A stretch of 64,000 nt of DNA, taken from positions 1,612,001 through 1,676,000 of the forward strand of contig CM068756.1 in assembly GCA_035084275.1 (NCBI GenBank). The letters run 5' to 3'. A program made the position numbers and the translations under genes. The notes beneath the pieces were generated by a model. That model ran no database searches, was not told the DNA's origin, and saw nothing but the letters and a program-made list of their open reading frames with translations. The stretch is from Hydrolagus colliei. Lineage: Eukaryota. Shown piece after piece: positions 11,831 to 26,519 of the stretch. Each line of letters begins with the position of its first letter. Positions within the stretch are counted from its first letter, which is position 1.

Positions 11831-12666
11831 TTAGGTGCAAGGCTTTGCTATATAAAATTCATCCATGTAGTGGTACTCCTCTTGTTGCTACGGAAACGTG
11901 ACGGTCGGTTCACATGGAAACATATCTCAGGTCCACTATTAAAATGATGACTGTGAACTGGAATGCTCTGTGAATGTCACACAGTGAGCCAATGGCTAGC
12001 ACTGCGCCTCCTTTGACCCAACCTTAGAAATGTTTAAGAACATAAGACAGCGTGAGCTCGAGCGAGACAGCAATTTAAAAATGCTCGGCTAACACATGTA
12101 TGATGACGAGAGATTGAACCAAATTTAAATTAAAAAAACAAGTAGCGCTAAAAATATGGACTTTCATTTACCAGCAAAGAAAGTAGCAAAATCAGATTTG
12201 CTTCATAAAACATTTTGTGCTTGATCCAGGAACCTTTTGATGAGCCTGTAAGAACTCTTTGCTCACTGTGTGAATGGTTTCCTCCCAAATTTCCTCCTAC
12301 CGTCCTCTGAGGGAGATGGTCAGACACTCAAGATGACAATTATACTATACGTGGCAACATATGACATGGTTAACAGGTACTTTAATCAGACCATTGCCTT
12401 TAAGAGCTGGGTATGTGTTAAAAAGTCTTTATGACTGCAGAAAGATGCAATGCCAGGAGTAAAAACAGCTTCCATTGTTTCAGATCTGGTGAGGAAATGA
12501 TGGAAGAAACTGTAAAAATGGCTTTAGCTCAAAGGTGTTAATTGGGAATCTGGGTACTGTATCAGGTTTATTCAAAAATCGGTTAAATAGCGTTCTATAG
12601 GGTGATGTTCTATCGTTAAAAGATAAATAAATTGAACATAGTAAAAAAAACGTTTATCTGTATATA

Positions 12667-12888
12667 TAATATAATCCTTGCATTAAAATAGCACCTTAAC
12701 ACGTTGCTGAAACATGTCAATGTGCTACACAGGATTTTACTGTAAATTGTTGTTGTTGTTGTTGTAGTGACTGTGTAATTGTAGGCTATTGCAATAGCTA
12801 ATTTGAGCGAACACAGCCATGATCGATTTTAGTGGGTAGATTCTTGGCCAGGACACCGGGAGAAACTCCCTTCTCTTTTCAAATAGTA
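12667..12888 (-). mobile_element. Deu-domain SINE (long family), 3' half
   Basis: Tail plus ttggccaggacaccgggagaaactcccttctcttttcaaatagt, the reverse complement of the Deu core. Confidence 0.8.
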
Positions 12889-14007
12889 ATGATGCACAAA
12901 TTGCCCCACCCCTTTCAGTTTAGTTTAATTGGAGCAAAGAGTAACATCCCTGTCATTTAACCAATGTTTAGCATTATTGTCCAGCGAGTGGGCTGCCCAG
13001 TCTGTCAGAGAGAAGACTGATTACTGGTGTGGATACAGCAGTAGCTTGGAAAGCTCATTGAGTAGAGGTTGGTTATCCCCCCAAATGGTGCACATCACAA
13101 TCTAAAAGTGTAACACTATAATATAGAAAATTGTACATCAGGCAGTAGAATTTGGATGTACTGTATTTCACAAGCCAGCACGACTGTGAGCATTCACGGG
13201 TGAAATAAATTTCAAATTTCACTGCAGAAAATGTAGTACTTTGTGTATTCTACATACTTTGAAGCATAAGATAGTTTTTTTTAAAAAAAACACACCTTAT
13301 TTTGAATAGACCAGAGAGGTTAAACAGCCTGAGCAAGCAATGGCATACAAATACATCCACATGATAAAAACTCTGGTTGAATAATATTGGTAGTATTTCT
13401 GAGGTTGACCTTCACTAGCACACCACCCTTCAACACTTAATCCTTCATATTTCTTGCATAGGCTTCCACTAATGACATGCCTCTGTCAACTTTTTCCATC
13501 TGCCTTATATCCAACATGGCCTCTGTACATCCAGTCAGTCTGCTTTGTGGAACATGTTCTTGTTTTTAAGTTTTCCTATACTCTAGGAAAGCGCGAGAGT
13601 GTGTTTCTGTTGAAATCTAGAGGTTTGGGGGAGGGTCGAAGAGAAGGTTGAGTGGTTGTGGGGGATGGTGGTGGTTGGCCGAGAACGGTGAGTTTGATCC
13701 TCTTCAATTGCAGTAACAAGAGTATTTCAGCGACTCTAGGGAAATAGGTGTTAATTAATTTCAAATTGCTTCACCGATCAAAAAAACTAACACACAAAAA
13801 AATAATGGCTCAGAGAACAACTAATTCTGCAGGACAATTTGGAACGTTGAGTATAGGCAGGAAAGGCTCCGTGAGTCACATAAATTCAACTGCAAATTCA
13901 TGGAAAAAAGAAGACCCTTACATTCACATTAAAGTAACACAGAATATCCCAATGTAAATCACGTGACATCTCTTCAATTAGGGTCCAGTCAATCAATTTA
14001 CACATGA

Positions 14008-14140
14008 GGACACTGAGATTGACTGCCGTGTTTTGCCCACAAAATACACAGTCAATTCACTTTACTACTGTATATATTCGAAGACGTTTCAACAATGTGA
14101 TAAGGTGCTAAATCAAATGTGAGGATTATTATTATCATTT
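14008..14140 (+). mobile_element. Deu-SINE 3' part
   Basis: ttttgcccacaaaatacacagtc...ataaggtgctaaatcaaatgtgaggattattatt. Confidence 0.8.
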
Positions 14141-15950
14141 TTATGGCTGCTTACTCTCGCTCCCCTTTTAGTCAGTTTCAGCTCACCCCTGCACAGATTA
14201 TCCCATGTTTACCAGCCTGGAACACAGATAAAAGGGTTCCAACCACTAAATCTCTATGTTTTTAAGACTAATGAAATAGCTATTGCAATCATTCTAAAGT
14301 AGCCACTGTGGAGCATTGGGCCATTGTTAAGTCCTCTCTGCAACAACAACAAAAATCCTTATTAAGGAAAACTAATACTTTAATAGCAAATGTGAAGTAA
14401 GATAAATCAAGAGCGGTTTGGGGGTAAAATGCACTCTGCTAACAGCTTCCTGTGCAGAATTAGGACATTATGGCATCACCGCTGACAAGTTTGCTGAAGG
14501 TACTGTGCCAGTCTGCGTTTCATCTCGTATAGGAAATGTTTTACCCCAAGGTTGTCACACCACCAATACCGCAATTAGCAAGGAGACAGACCCCTTATTT
14601 ACGTAATGTGGTGAAATTTGTTGTTGAGATATTTATCTTCCCACCTAATAAACTTCTCATTTGATTTCCCCTTTCCAAATCTACAATGTTACCATTTGAA
14701 CAAGCTATTTTGGAAGAGTCCACTGTCCTTGCTTTCCTGGTAAGTAATTCCAACTGGGAATTACCCACTGTGTAAAGAACTGCATCCTGGAGCTGTCCTG
14801 AAATTGCTCTCCAAAACCCTGACTCATGACCTCTTCTCAAGTGGCAGTGCTGCATCTCAAAGTATCCTCTTGCAGGTTCCCTTTCCCTATCTCATCTTAC
14901 AAAACCTCGAGAACACCCCATCCAAGACAGCTATCTTCAGGCTGAAGCCTCCCAGCTTATTTGGGCTAGGAGTTATTTTGTATATATGTGTGTGTGCACC
15001 TATGCTTGTGTGCGTGCTGTGTGGGGGGGCATGAAGTGGGAATTATTCAATTTAAATTATCCGTGGACAAATATATTTAAGTCCACAAGGTCTGTGTGAT
15101 TTGCTTTACTCTGCAAACTTCCTTCTTTCTAAACATCTCGCACAAAATTGGAAAAAATCTAAACGGTGTCATTGCACCTACCTAGCAGCAACACGTGCTC
15201 AGTTGTTGGGAGCCTCCTAGATATTCAAAACAAATCTGAATTTCTAGCACAAGTATAAATAGGGTACTAAAGAGTTTAACACAGCATCGCCTGTAGGGTT
15301 AAGTGACGCAAGAGCTGGGAAAGTGACACATTTTGACAAATAATGAGTGCATTAGCATTAGGAAAAGGTGGGAATGTGGACCATTAATCTGCTGCTTGAA
15401 TGCGGGTGGAGTATATTTACTGCAAAACTGCGCACTTAAATCAAGTTGATCCTTTTGTGGCGCTCTTAACAGAACAGTCTTCCACCCGAAAGAGCAGTGG
15501 GGTTGTTTTGACTTTATTTTCGGGGGAAAAAAAATCTAAATACTGTACGCACTTACAAAGCAGCCTCCAGACCGTATAGACCACGCAGCTGACTATTCTG
15601 GGGAATGCAGTGGTGGAATGGTACAGACAATCCAAATGTTGCGCTTTAGTATCACGTTAATGAAGAATGACCATTCACTGATAGTGACCTGCAACAGAAA
15701 ATAAAGAATAGCAGGTAGAATAAGGCACCTAGCCTTGGCGGCTGTATTTCCAATATATACAGTTGTATCTTTGGTCAGACATTTAGGTCATAATGAGTAT
15801 TGATCAGCCTATTATAGTGTATTACCCACTAACTGGATTCTACCCATGTTTAAAGACAAGTTCAGTGCCTTTGTAACTGACAGATGCTAAATTCAGATGT
15901 ACAGGAGAAAATCGAACTCACACAAGTCCAGGCAGAAGCTGTCTGCCTTA

Positions 15951-15982
15951 CTCTCCCTCCCTCTCTCTCTCTCTCTCTCTCC
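15951..15982. repeat. (CT)n microsatellite
   Basis: Direct reading. Confidence 0.9.
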
Positions 15983-17839
15983 CCTGAATATCATAACGTT
16001 TCACGCAATTCAAAAGGAATGCAACTAAAGTTATTATTTTGATAGATATTAGAAATGCAAAGAGGCATTGCAGAAAATGCATTCAGTATTTAAATAATTT
16101 ACCGTCCTTCAGTAAAGGAGCTAAATAGATAGGCAAGAAATCACAGAACCTCCACTAAATTAGAACGTAAGGGTCGGAGGAGAAATATCAGGGATTAAAA
16201 ACCTTCTATTTTTTCCAATGCTTCTTCCATTGCAGACTTCATTTTTTTTCCCAGAGTTTGTCTAAATGATGGAGTTGTTTCTTGGCATTTGTGTGCTTAG
16301 GAGCTTAATTAAAGCAATCCATATTGAATTCTTGTCCAGTCCTCTTGACCAGGCTGGCTCAGGGTCATTGGAATGCCAGATGTTTTAGTAGTGTGCAGCC
16401 TTGTGCATACTAATCATGGGTGCAGCAGTGATTCATCAGCCTATTGCTATTCCAGCATATACAACCACTTATGACATATAATTGGTAGCGCCATAAGCAG
16501 TGAGGATGAATTAAAACCTACAGACAGTCACAGATAAAAATTAATGACTCTTTGGCTTCTTGCAATCCTACAAGGTTGGACTGCAAAGCTGTCATAATAG
16601 GTACAAAAGGACAATGGAAAAAGTGGCCTTGTTTACACATTTTTTTCTCCCCTAGTAAAACACAGGGCATTAATAATCTTAGATTAGGGATAAATTCTCA
16701 TCAAAACTAGGCTGTACAATATACTGAGCATGAGGAACAGCAAATATGGAAAGGTCTAGGTCAAAGCTGAATGAATTTAAAAGCAGAAACTACCAGTTTC
16801 TGAGGCGGACGGTTTGCATTAGAATATTCCCTTATAATGGACAATCTCACAAATTCGTTTTTAAAAAAATAGAAAATGTGCTTATTTTCACTGGGGGCAT
16901 GCATACACAACACACACATTTGTCGGATTGTTTTACGCACAAATAATGTACATTTGTGAGAAAATTGTGAATCCGCACAAACGTTCCATGACGTAGTACT
17001 GACACTAGAGTGATTTTTTTCCTTTCTTGGGACATTGTCATAACTGTATTGATCGAGAACACCTGCTGTGGTGCTTAGGTATTGATAACTTTCAACTCAA
17101 CTTGCACAGGTCAGGCAAACAATCATGTAATCTTTTGAAAAGACACAAGGCCAGTTGGCTTGATAAAGCAATGATATCGATGCAATCAATTTAACACTTG
17201 GTGGGCTATCAAAAAAAATACAAAACCAAGCTAACTTTGAAGGAGAGATAACGTAGGTGTGAGAGTGAGCCCTTAATAAACAACTCTCTGAATGAAAGCT
17301 ATGTTAGAGACATCTGAAAACAAGACACATCTATTATAATGTGCTGGATAAATAATTAAAGCTACGGTTATCTCCTTTACCTTAGTCCTGGCATTTCTGC
17401 AGCCCAGTTTGGCAACGCCTTAAGATTAATCTGATACGCTGCAAGCAAATCATCCTCATATTCAATAATACTCATAGTTCTAATTGTGGCAGAACCTCAC
17501 CTTGTGGGCATCTCAGTAATGAGGCCAACATACAATTTAAATCACTTTTTCCACAGTCTGCTCTTTCTTTCATTCAAAACTGACAGTGAGCAACCTCACT
17601 AATGAGAACACCTCACGACTGAGGGCAAGAAAGGGCGAGGCTGTTGACTGCTTTTAATTGCAAGTTTCCATCATAGTTTTTTTTAAATCACCTTTAAAAA
17701 TTTATCCTGGTCATTTGGTAGGCAAAATCTTTGAAATGCGTCCAGGCTCTTTGACCGGTGAGTTAACTTCCAATTCCAAACTTCGTCCACGACCTGAGCT
17801 TTCAAGACAAACTCCAAGTCCACTGCCAGCTATGTACCC

Positions 17840-18200
17840 AAGCAGTTACACGTGCTATTAAAGGCAGCTGCAGCCGGTAATTTCATTAGTTTATCTGGTA
17901 CAGCACAAGAACGGGTTGCTGCAAGTTGCTGTTGAGAGTAATTGTGAATGAGGTTTGCCTCCTATGGAAAGTAATTGGAAGTGAAACCCCATCAGTTTTG
18001 TTCTGCTGGTAGAGTAATGATGTCACCAGCATAACAAAGACACATTTCAAGCAGATCTATTGCTGCCATTTCTAAAGATATGGCTTTATTTAATTTAACT
18101 GGTGCAATAAAACCCGCTTACCATTGTGGCACTTTGTCACATTCCACTTCTTATCCAAAACGCCAAACCAGTTGCCTTTTCATTTTAGGCATTTTATTCG
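17840..18200. promoter_or_regulatory. Candidate conserved non-coding element
   Basis: Repeat-free block with CAGCTG and CACGTG E-boxes and several TAAT motifs. Conservation not tested. Confidence 0.3.
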
Positions 18201-18504
18201 GTCTTATGTCGCATTAGTGTATAGTTAATTAAAATGTACTGATCTTGGCGGGCGAGTGGGCAGCAGCTCCTCAGGAGTCCTATATTCTCAACACTTAATT
18301 TAAATATCAAAGTGGCGCTGCATGAATACTTAAAGGGACCACATGTCACGAAAGTCTCAACTGTGCTGGTAACGATATATCCAATTTAACTGAGATTTGG
18401 GCCCAAAATGGAACACTGCTATGGATGAAATTGTGTCTCCTCTATCACTTACAGTGGGTGTACAGTTGCTTTTCGCTGTAAATCACTCCAAGATGTTATC
18501 AAAC

Positions 18505-18672
18505 TGAGGTCCGGCCTGCCTATTCAGGTGGATGTTAAAGATCCCAAGGCACTATTTGAAAAGACAGGGGAGTTTCTGCCTAGGTCCTGGCCAATCATCA
18601 CCTAAGTAAAATTGGTCATTTACTTTGCGGGACACTGCTGTGCGCAAATTGACTGCTGCATTTGCCTACACA
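18505..18672 (+). mobile_element. Deu-domain SINE core
   Basis: caggtggatgttaaagatcccaaggcactatttgaa...gtcctggccaa...ctgctgtgcgcaaattgactgc matches the recalled Deu domain. Confidence 0.85.
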
Positions 18673-21600
18673 AAACACAGAGTGAAAATCCTGCCAATGT
18701 AGAAACTGCTTGTATAGTTAGGATACAGGGCATGATAAGAAGGAGTTAGACTGAAATTCAGATTGATGTTATCAGTCTTTGGCAATGATAAATCCCGTTA
18801 GGTAAATATTACCTGAAAAGGCATTTTTCTTTTGAATTTTTAATAGATTGACCTAGAACTTAACAGCACGGAAGCAGCCTATTTGGCCCACGCAGGTGTT
18901 TGTTACTCCACATGTGCCCCCACTTGTGTTTAAACCGTTGCAGTCCCTGTACTGATGGGGTTCCCAGAGTTATGGGGTTCCCAGAGTTATGTCCAGCAGG
19001 AAGAAAGCAGCGATGCAGAGTTTTTCCCACAATTTGAGGACGTTCCCCAGAAATGCTGATTCCAAGTGTTTTTCATAAGGCATCCTGTTTCATTTTGGGA
19101 TTGCAAAATATCAAGCTGTCAACCCCCAAACTTAAGAGGTGCAATTTAAAATAACTGAACGTTTTGTCCATTATGCCAATCAGCTGTATCGAAGCCCATT
19201 TAACTCTGTGTTCTCGGCCACAATAAACAAATGGTGGGTCTTTCAAACCTGGAAAGTATGATGTTTTCCTGCCTCTGTTTCTCCCTGATTTTAAAAGCTT
19301 TTTTTGATGTATTCTATTTACTTTTAAAACCGCAGAGCATATATTTAGTCACAGTTGTAATTAAAAAAGTAACCTCCATCATATTTATTTTACTTCCATG
19401 CGAAAATATGATAATAATGGCCCCCACGGGGTTAACCAGACTAAATTCAAATCAAAGGAACTAAAGCCTCTTACACTGGGCATGTTTATTCAGAAAGATT
19501 TGGGATTAAATCCTATTTAAACTTTCCACTGCAAACTTTGGTCTCTTGTCCAATGTCTCTTGGTAGCAAACATGTTAGGCCACACGGAGGAAATTTTCGC
19601 TGCAAAATACAGTAGGAAATAATGCTGGGCAAAAGATTGAGTGAGTGAGAGGCAGGGACAAGAAATCCTTGACCACAAGAAATTTCAAACTGAAATAGTG
19701 GATCGTAGTAATCCAATTTAGAAGAGATAACTGTCTTCTGATACTTCTGTCTTTTCCTGGACAGACCCCTCACTGGATGTCAACCCTAATCCCACAGAGG
19801 TCAGCTGGAGCCCCTCTAGACTAATGTAGTACTGAATTGGCTGCATGGATTTCTACCAAATACATTGGCCTCTTAGAATTGATTTTCAACCAGTCTTATT
19901 GGTCCCTAACGTAATTACACCACCAATGAGTCATTTACTTCAACTGATACATTTACACACTGGTGTTCAGGGGAGATCAGAGTTTATGCCAATTGCTTGG
20001 CACATTGGCTCTGACTTTAATTCAAAATGCTTTTTTGGTTAGTGGCTTTCAGTCATTGTGTTGCAGGGAATCTATTTCCCCCCAAAGTAGGAATCAATTT
20101 GCCTGTATTATGTGTATAATTGCATTAGCAAACAATCAGTTGTCGGATGTGGTAAGCAGAACTGGATTTTACATATCTATTTCTTGTTGCGTTTTTGGCT
20201 CCCAATTAAAAGCTACCAATTTATCATGCGCTGTATCTACTGCCCAGCTTTGCATTCCCCTAATAAGACCCGTGAAAATCGGTCTTCATTTAAAACCACT
20301 CTCTTTAGTTTAACTGAAAATCAATTGTGCAAGTTTAGCAAATAGTTAATTACTCCTCAAAGCGGATTGATCCACCTTTGATCACTGTAAGCTGTGTCGT
20401 ATCATTAGTCTTTCTCATCTGTGATTACTGTACATGGAAACAAAACAAAAGTCAGCGTTTTCTGTCTTTAATGCAAATTCTTCCAGTGATATACAGACTC
20501 TCACAACTGTAGGTGCTTTTAAGTGGTGTATGGCTAAATGTAGACGCTGGGAAGGTTTCCAAAGTAGAGGGGAGTGTATTAAATGTTAAAGCTTGAGGAT
20601 GGTACAGCAAATAAATGAGTGTTCATTAACTCACCTGAAAAGAATTCACTACGGCCTAATGTTTCCAGAAATTCAGATATCGAGATTCTATTTCTGGGAC
20701 ATTGCTGGGTTAGCAGGTTAATAAAAATGGAAGGAAGAATTTGACAGATCAAAGATATGAGATATCATCTGACAATTTGCTTAATGGCAACTTAAACTCC
20801 AGTCTATACTCATTGAAACTCAATATCTGTCGATCTCAGTACTTTTCTGTCACACTTCTTATATAATCTGTCACAAAAAGCAAACATTTCGTGCCACTCT
20901 ATAATCTAAGCAAGACAGTATGCTGATGTAACTAGAAAGGCCACCATCTACTGATGCATATTTAATGGAGATGAGAGTGGCTGTCATACCTTGAGTCAAG
21001 GAATAGTTGAAGCATATTTATGCTCAGCACAAGGCAGATGTACGTTAACTAAAGATAAATAAAGCAAGCTTTATGAATACAAGTAGTTGCTAAGGATAGC
21101 CATAGTCAAAGAATGGAGTCACGTGTCTTGATATTCATGAAAAAAAACCATGCGTTACGTTTTGCCGAATGCTCTGAGCCAAAGTACGAAGAGCTGAGAG
21201 TGTGTTGTGTTGTTTGAGGAAGGGGTGGGTGTGGATGGAGGCTGGGACTGAATTGGACGGGACCTCAGATTGAGTGGTTGGAGCCACAAAGTAGGTAACA
21301 TTCCTGATGACATTGATCCCAAACAGAATACACAGTTGCTACACTCTTCAATAAATCCTGGGAAAACGCTTTGGAGACTTGATAACAACAACAACATTAC
21401 ATTTATAGGGCACCTTTCAGGTTGGGGGGATGTCTCAAGCCACTGGATAAGGTGCTATAACAAGGATTATATTCCTATTATTATATATCTGACGACCTGG
21501 ATCCTGAGAAACAATGCATTTCAATATAAGTAGAAAAAAAGGAACTGAAGAGCTGTGAGGCAAGGCAGTGGAGTGAAACAACGCTGGCAAAAGTCCTTCA

Positions 21601-22719
21601 AATGAAGTTATCTTCTACATAACATGGATAGGTCAGACAATTCACAGGGAAAAATTACTTGGCACACCTATCGCTTTCAGTACTTTGTGCCAGCATGGCT
21701 GACTTGTATTGAGAAGCCTCTACATAAGTTCATTGCAAACGGATACAAGGACCATGAGTGATGAACACAGGGTTGAAATCAATTTATTGGTAGGGTTTTT
21801 TTTGTATTTTCTTATCCTTAAAATTGTCAATGCCTTCAGAATCGTCAGGAAGTGAAGAATCGAATGTGTAGAATAAAGTTTATTTATTTGGAAATACATT
21901 CAATTAATCAGATTGGAGTCTGTAAGGCCATTTCGGTGGTATCTTATTGAATAGCCAACCAACTAAGTTCATTTAAAAGGCCTGAAACTGTATTAATTTC
22001 AATGCTTCTGAGCCAGGTGAAAACTACGTGGTGAAAAAAAATGTAATAAATATTCACGAAACAAACTCAAGTTCCACAGAAATGCAGCTTCAACAACAGA
22101 GTGATAGGTGCACTTGGCAGCCATTCATTTGTCCAAAGTACACAGCGTCTTTGGCCTCCAATGGGGAAAAAAAAGAAAAATTATATTGATAAAACTTTTC
22201 ATATTGCATCATAATTCCTACCAAATAGCATTACTTTTAGGATAATAGATAGCTGGCAGTGAGTCACAAGGCCGTAATTGAATCGAGGGCCTGTGAGATG
22301 TCATAAGCCACAAGAGTAAAGCTTGAGCAGTTTATGAATGTCAGCAGAACCCCAGGATTGAATTACAGCCTTGAACTCACAGCCACCTAGTTGTATTGCA
22401 AGCGATGGATCCTGAGTTGTTCCTTCAAACATTAGGAAAACTTTGCATTCTACCTTTCCTCCCCTGTGGAAGGCCGTCATTTGCATGCGAAAGACGCAAT
22501 AATGCAGCATTCAAATGGGCGCATGACACAATGAGTTAGCTGCTATGTGCCAGGTATAGCACATTCAAGATGCAGGTAATGATAGGTTTCACTTTGGGAG
22601 CCAAAGGTGGATAAATAAATTATGATATTGGGTGACATGTACTCTTTGATATTGGCCCGCTGTATGTTTCAGATTGTGTTGCTATATAAAATGAACACGC
22701 TGGACTCGTGTGGCGTATA

Positions 22720-22795
22720 AACATTGGCACGGACTGGTTGGGCTGAGTGGCCTGTTTCCATGCTGTATATTCTTTGCAAATCTTTGTAAAATTCT
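22720..22795 (+). mobile_element. CR1 LINE extreme 3' end
   Basis: ggcacggactggttgggctgagtggcctgtttccatgctgta followed by a degenerate repeat tail. Confidence 0.65.
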
Positions 22796-22851
22796 GCTGA
22801 TGACTCTCTGTTTTTGCTTTCTGATCGTCAGCGTGTCAGGGCTAACATATC

Positions 22852-23247
22852 AATAATTCGTACATTTTATAAAGTGCCGTGTCACAACGTCAAAATGCTT
22901 TGCACGTTTTAGTTGCACTGTAAAGTGCAGTGATTGCAATTTTGTGGATGACCCTGGCAGCCAATTTTGCACATAGAAATGTCCTACAGACAGCCATGAA
23001 GTAAATTACCAATCTTTGTGCTGGGGAATTGTTGGCCAGAACATCGGGAGTATGTCTCTCCTCTTCCCGAATAGTGATCTTTAAAAATTGACATGAAGCA
23101 CAGCACCTCTGCCAATACACCGCTCCCCCAATCCTGCACTGGAGTGTCATCCTAGATTATGTGAGTTCAATTTCCCCAAAATGCGGCTTTAACCAACAAC
23201 CTCCTGACTCAGAGGTCAGAGTGCTACTGACTGAGCCAGGCTGGCAT
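22852..23247 (-). mobile_element. Near full-length Deu-domain SINE (SacSINE1-like)
   Basis: Reverse complement begins gccagcctggctcagtcagtagcactctgacctctgagtcaggaggttgttggtt (tRNA head), then Deu core and tail. Confidence 0.8.
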
Positions 23248-25019
23248 GACCAAATCGAATGAGGTGAACAGGAAAGACCGCGCACACTGCTACTGAAAGT
23301 CTGTTTCACTGAAACGTCACTGGTGAATTTCACTGTTTACGGCTCTTGGAGATTAATGGATGAATAAAGATGAATCCATAATGATTAATGGATAAGTATC
23401 GAGTTTGCTTTGTGCCAGGCACTTTTGCCTCCGTTACTTCAACCCTGCACCAGGATAAGCAGACAGAAAAAAAGTGAGGAGATAATGAAGACATGATAGA
23501 TGGATGTCACCAGGGATCTAACATCACAATGGATTTATGGCACCAGTGGTATAAAACTATAATACAATAATTGACGTGTTATGATAGAAGACTATACACA
23601 AATTACTGGGATATATTCTTTCTGAAAACACAAAGTACGCTAATCTACATATATTATAAGCAATTATTCTGACATTTGATTTCAGGATTACACAGTTTTT
23701 TTGCACTGTCTGAATCAGTTATTGCTTCAGTCTTGGCTTTAACATGAAGTTTAATGTCTGTTTTCTATAATTTACCAAGTCGTTTAGACAATTGTAGTCC
23801 AATAAATGAAACTGGTTTACTTGCTCCCAATGAGCCTGACTGATCCAGTGCCTGTTTAATGCACTGTCCAAAAGCTTCACCGGGGAACCACCAGCGGTTA
23901 GTAAATTTCATTTGTCCCAGCCCCAGACTTAACCTCGGCAGAATGCTTTTTAAATTGAATAAAAAGCTTTCTGTGGAATAAGCAAAAAAAAATTAGTGCA
24001 CAGCAGTTTCTAAATACTTGTTACCGTTTCACATGCATCTGGTCGTCTGCCAGTTTGCCTCAAAGTGAAGCAAATAAACCCCACAGGGAGGCGTTCAGTA
24101 CCTCACACTCAGGGTGATTAAAACCCTCCTCCACTTTATTCAACGCCTTTAATAATACCTTCACATTCGGGCACACAGAGAGACCGCCAAGAAGCAGCGC
24201 TCTTGTGCCACCCAACTCATTAACTGTTCTGTGAAGTGAGGGGAGTGGATGGGGATTCTTGCCAAATGAACAGCTAGTTGACAGTAATGATGATTAACGT
24301 CTTTAGTGGAACGGGCATATTTAAATGTAAAGTGGTTGGATTTGGGCCAAATTTGGGTACTGGCAAATAAATTCCACACACAAGGAAAAAAAACCTGTTG
24401 GGTTTTCAATTTGGTTTTCTTTCCCTGCGTAACAACTGGAAATATGCAATGTGATTTTTAATCACAGCGTGGCCTTGCAGCCATCATGAATAATCATTTC
24501 CACAAACAATTCGCGATCCTCCTCCTCCTCCTCCAGCATTCACTCTTTGGTATTTAATGGCTGTTTCGCAAGTGTAACCGGTGCAATGTGGACGCTGAAT
24601 GTGAACTTGTGACTTTTACGCTGGATTCTTTCTCCTCTCACCTCCATTTACATGTTGATATTTGAACAAAATGCTTGTTTCATACTGTCCGTTCTCTTGA
24701 GGCAAAAAACTGTTTTTTAAGTGCACATTTCACAGCTGTAACTTTGAAGGGGTAAGAAAGTTGGGAGGCAATTAAAAAGGCATTCGACAGGCATATACAG
24801 AAGAAGGATGTTAAGAGAATACAGTGAATGAGCAAGGAATTGTGATTCGGATAGATAGCTTCAATGGTAATAGTAGGTAGAATTATCTTCTGCTGCATTG
24901 TAGATTTTTTCTGATTTCCAGAATCAGTATTGTATCATAAAGTGGAACTCCCCTTACTCCTCTTACGTTTGTGGTACATAAAATCCCACCCTGTGTTATA
25001 GCGAGCTAATTTGTGCTCA

Positions 25020-25110
25020 GTGACTGAAAGGATTGTTCTTTGAGAGAGCCGATGGGAAACCAAGGGCAGAATGGCCTTCTTCCTGTTTTGTGCAATTCTA
25101 TGGATCTATG
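25020..25110 (+). mobile_element. CR1 LINE 3' end
   Basis: ggattgttctttgagagagccg...ggcagaatggccttcttcctg...attctatggatctatg. Confidence 0.7.
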
Positions 25111-25926
25111 AAGAGCATTAAAATGGAAAAACACTGTGTGTTGCACAATATGTTTCATTACTGAGTACTACTTAATACTACTTAGTACCACAGTGCCTTG
25201 AAGTTCAGAGATTCAATTCTGATCAGTGGCTTTAGATTTGTGTGCTTTATTCAGCTTCAAAGGGTCGTCTCATTTCAGGGCAGCACACCACTGGTCAGAA
25301 TTGGCATCAACTCCAAATCACTTCAGGTGAGTTAATAAGTCATTATCCTGCTGGCTCCATTTTTAAATGCAATGCAAGCATTGGAAACACGTGATTCGCA
25401 ACGCTATTTGCAGTTTCTGAAACAAATCACAACTGCATAATTTGCAGACACTGCAGGATTTATTGCTGTTTTTCAAAAAAAGTAAAAAATCAATAGCAAA
25501 TATCCAACCTGTGAAGTCAGAGAAATTTGGTTGCTTTTTCCAAATATATTTTTTACTGTGTGAGAATTTATTCTTGCCAAAACAATGGTTTTGTGGGGAA
25601 CTTATTGTGCTGGCATTAACAAGACTTGGATTGAACCCTTCCAAATGTTCAAGATATAAAGAGCAGTTATTTTCCTGTTGTACATTCTCTCTATTTATTT
25701 GTTTAAAAATCCCTAATCAACTATTATACATCAACATTTGAGGAACTGTGGTTCAAATTACACCTCAATGTCTGAGCTTTTTTTTCCATTGACCTAAACC
25801 ACACACTCATATTATTTTTAATATAATACAAGCAGATGAGTTACAAGCCAAGCACAAAGACCAAGCATTTCCTGAAGTAAATGTACACTTTATCATGCAC
25901 CTGCTCCCTGCCCTTAAAATATTTGT

Positions 25927-26350
25927 TGCTCTGGCTGAGCCGGTAGCCTTGACACCTCCGAGTCTGGAGGCTGTAGGCTCAAGCCTCATGCTAGCACTTT
26001 CAACTCATACGCTTAAGGTTGACACACCAACGCAGTGCTGGGGGAGTGCTGCATTGTTGCAGGTGCCATCATTTGAAACTGCCATCAGATATGAAACTAG
26101 GGTCCATCCCGCCTGCCTATGCAAATGGATGTCAAAGATCTCTGTGTACTATTATTTGTGTAACACTCCTCAATAAAAAGCGAATGTCCTGGCCAACAAT
26201 CGTCACGGTAAAAGTGGCCTTTCATTTCATGTCAGTTTGTGAGGGATAATTCCTGTGTGAAATGAGCTGCCTCATTCACCTGTAAAATACACTCAGTCAC
26301 TACACTTTACAGTGAGACATCCTCACCGAGATGAAAGATGGCACGTGAAA
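25927..26350 (+). mobile_element. Near full-length Deu-domain SINE (decayed)
   Basis: tRNA-like head ctggctgagccggtagc...gtaggctcaagcc, then gcagtgctgggggagtgctgcattgt and ggatgtcaaagatc...gtcctggccaaca. Confidence 0.75.
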
Positions 26351-26519
26351 CAAGGGGAACAGTATTTGACTACAAAAGGTGCGCTTTAACTTTAGCACGG
26401 CTCACTTTCTGCATCCAAGAAGAAACAAACATAATGTAACTTGAGGCTCCCTTAGTGTGGTGAGGGACAGAAATATATATGCAACACTCCAGTCATTGTC
26501 TAACCAGTGCACAGCAGTG

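Noticed and set aside
14780-14960. Possible L2 reverse-transcriptase remnant (also 19690-19910 and 52000-52260)
   Set aside because: Only faint motif resemblance (KTLTHDL, ISSKLDY, HWPLRIDF); cannot be supported without an alignment.
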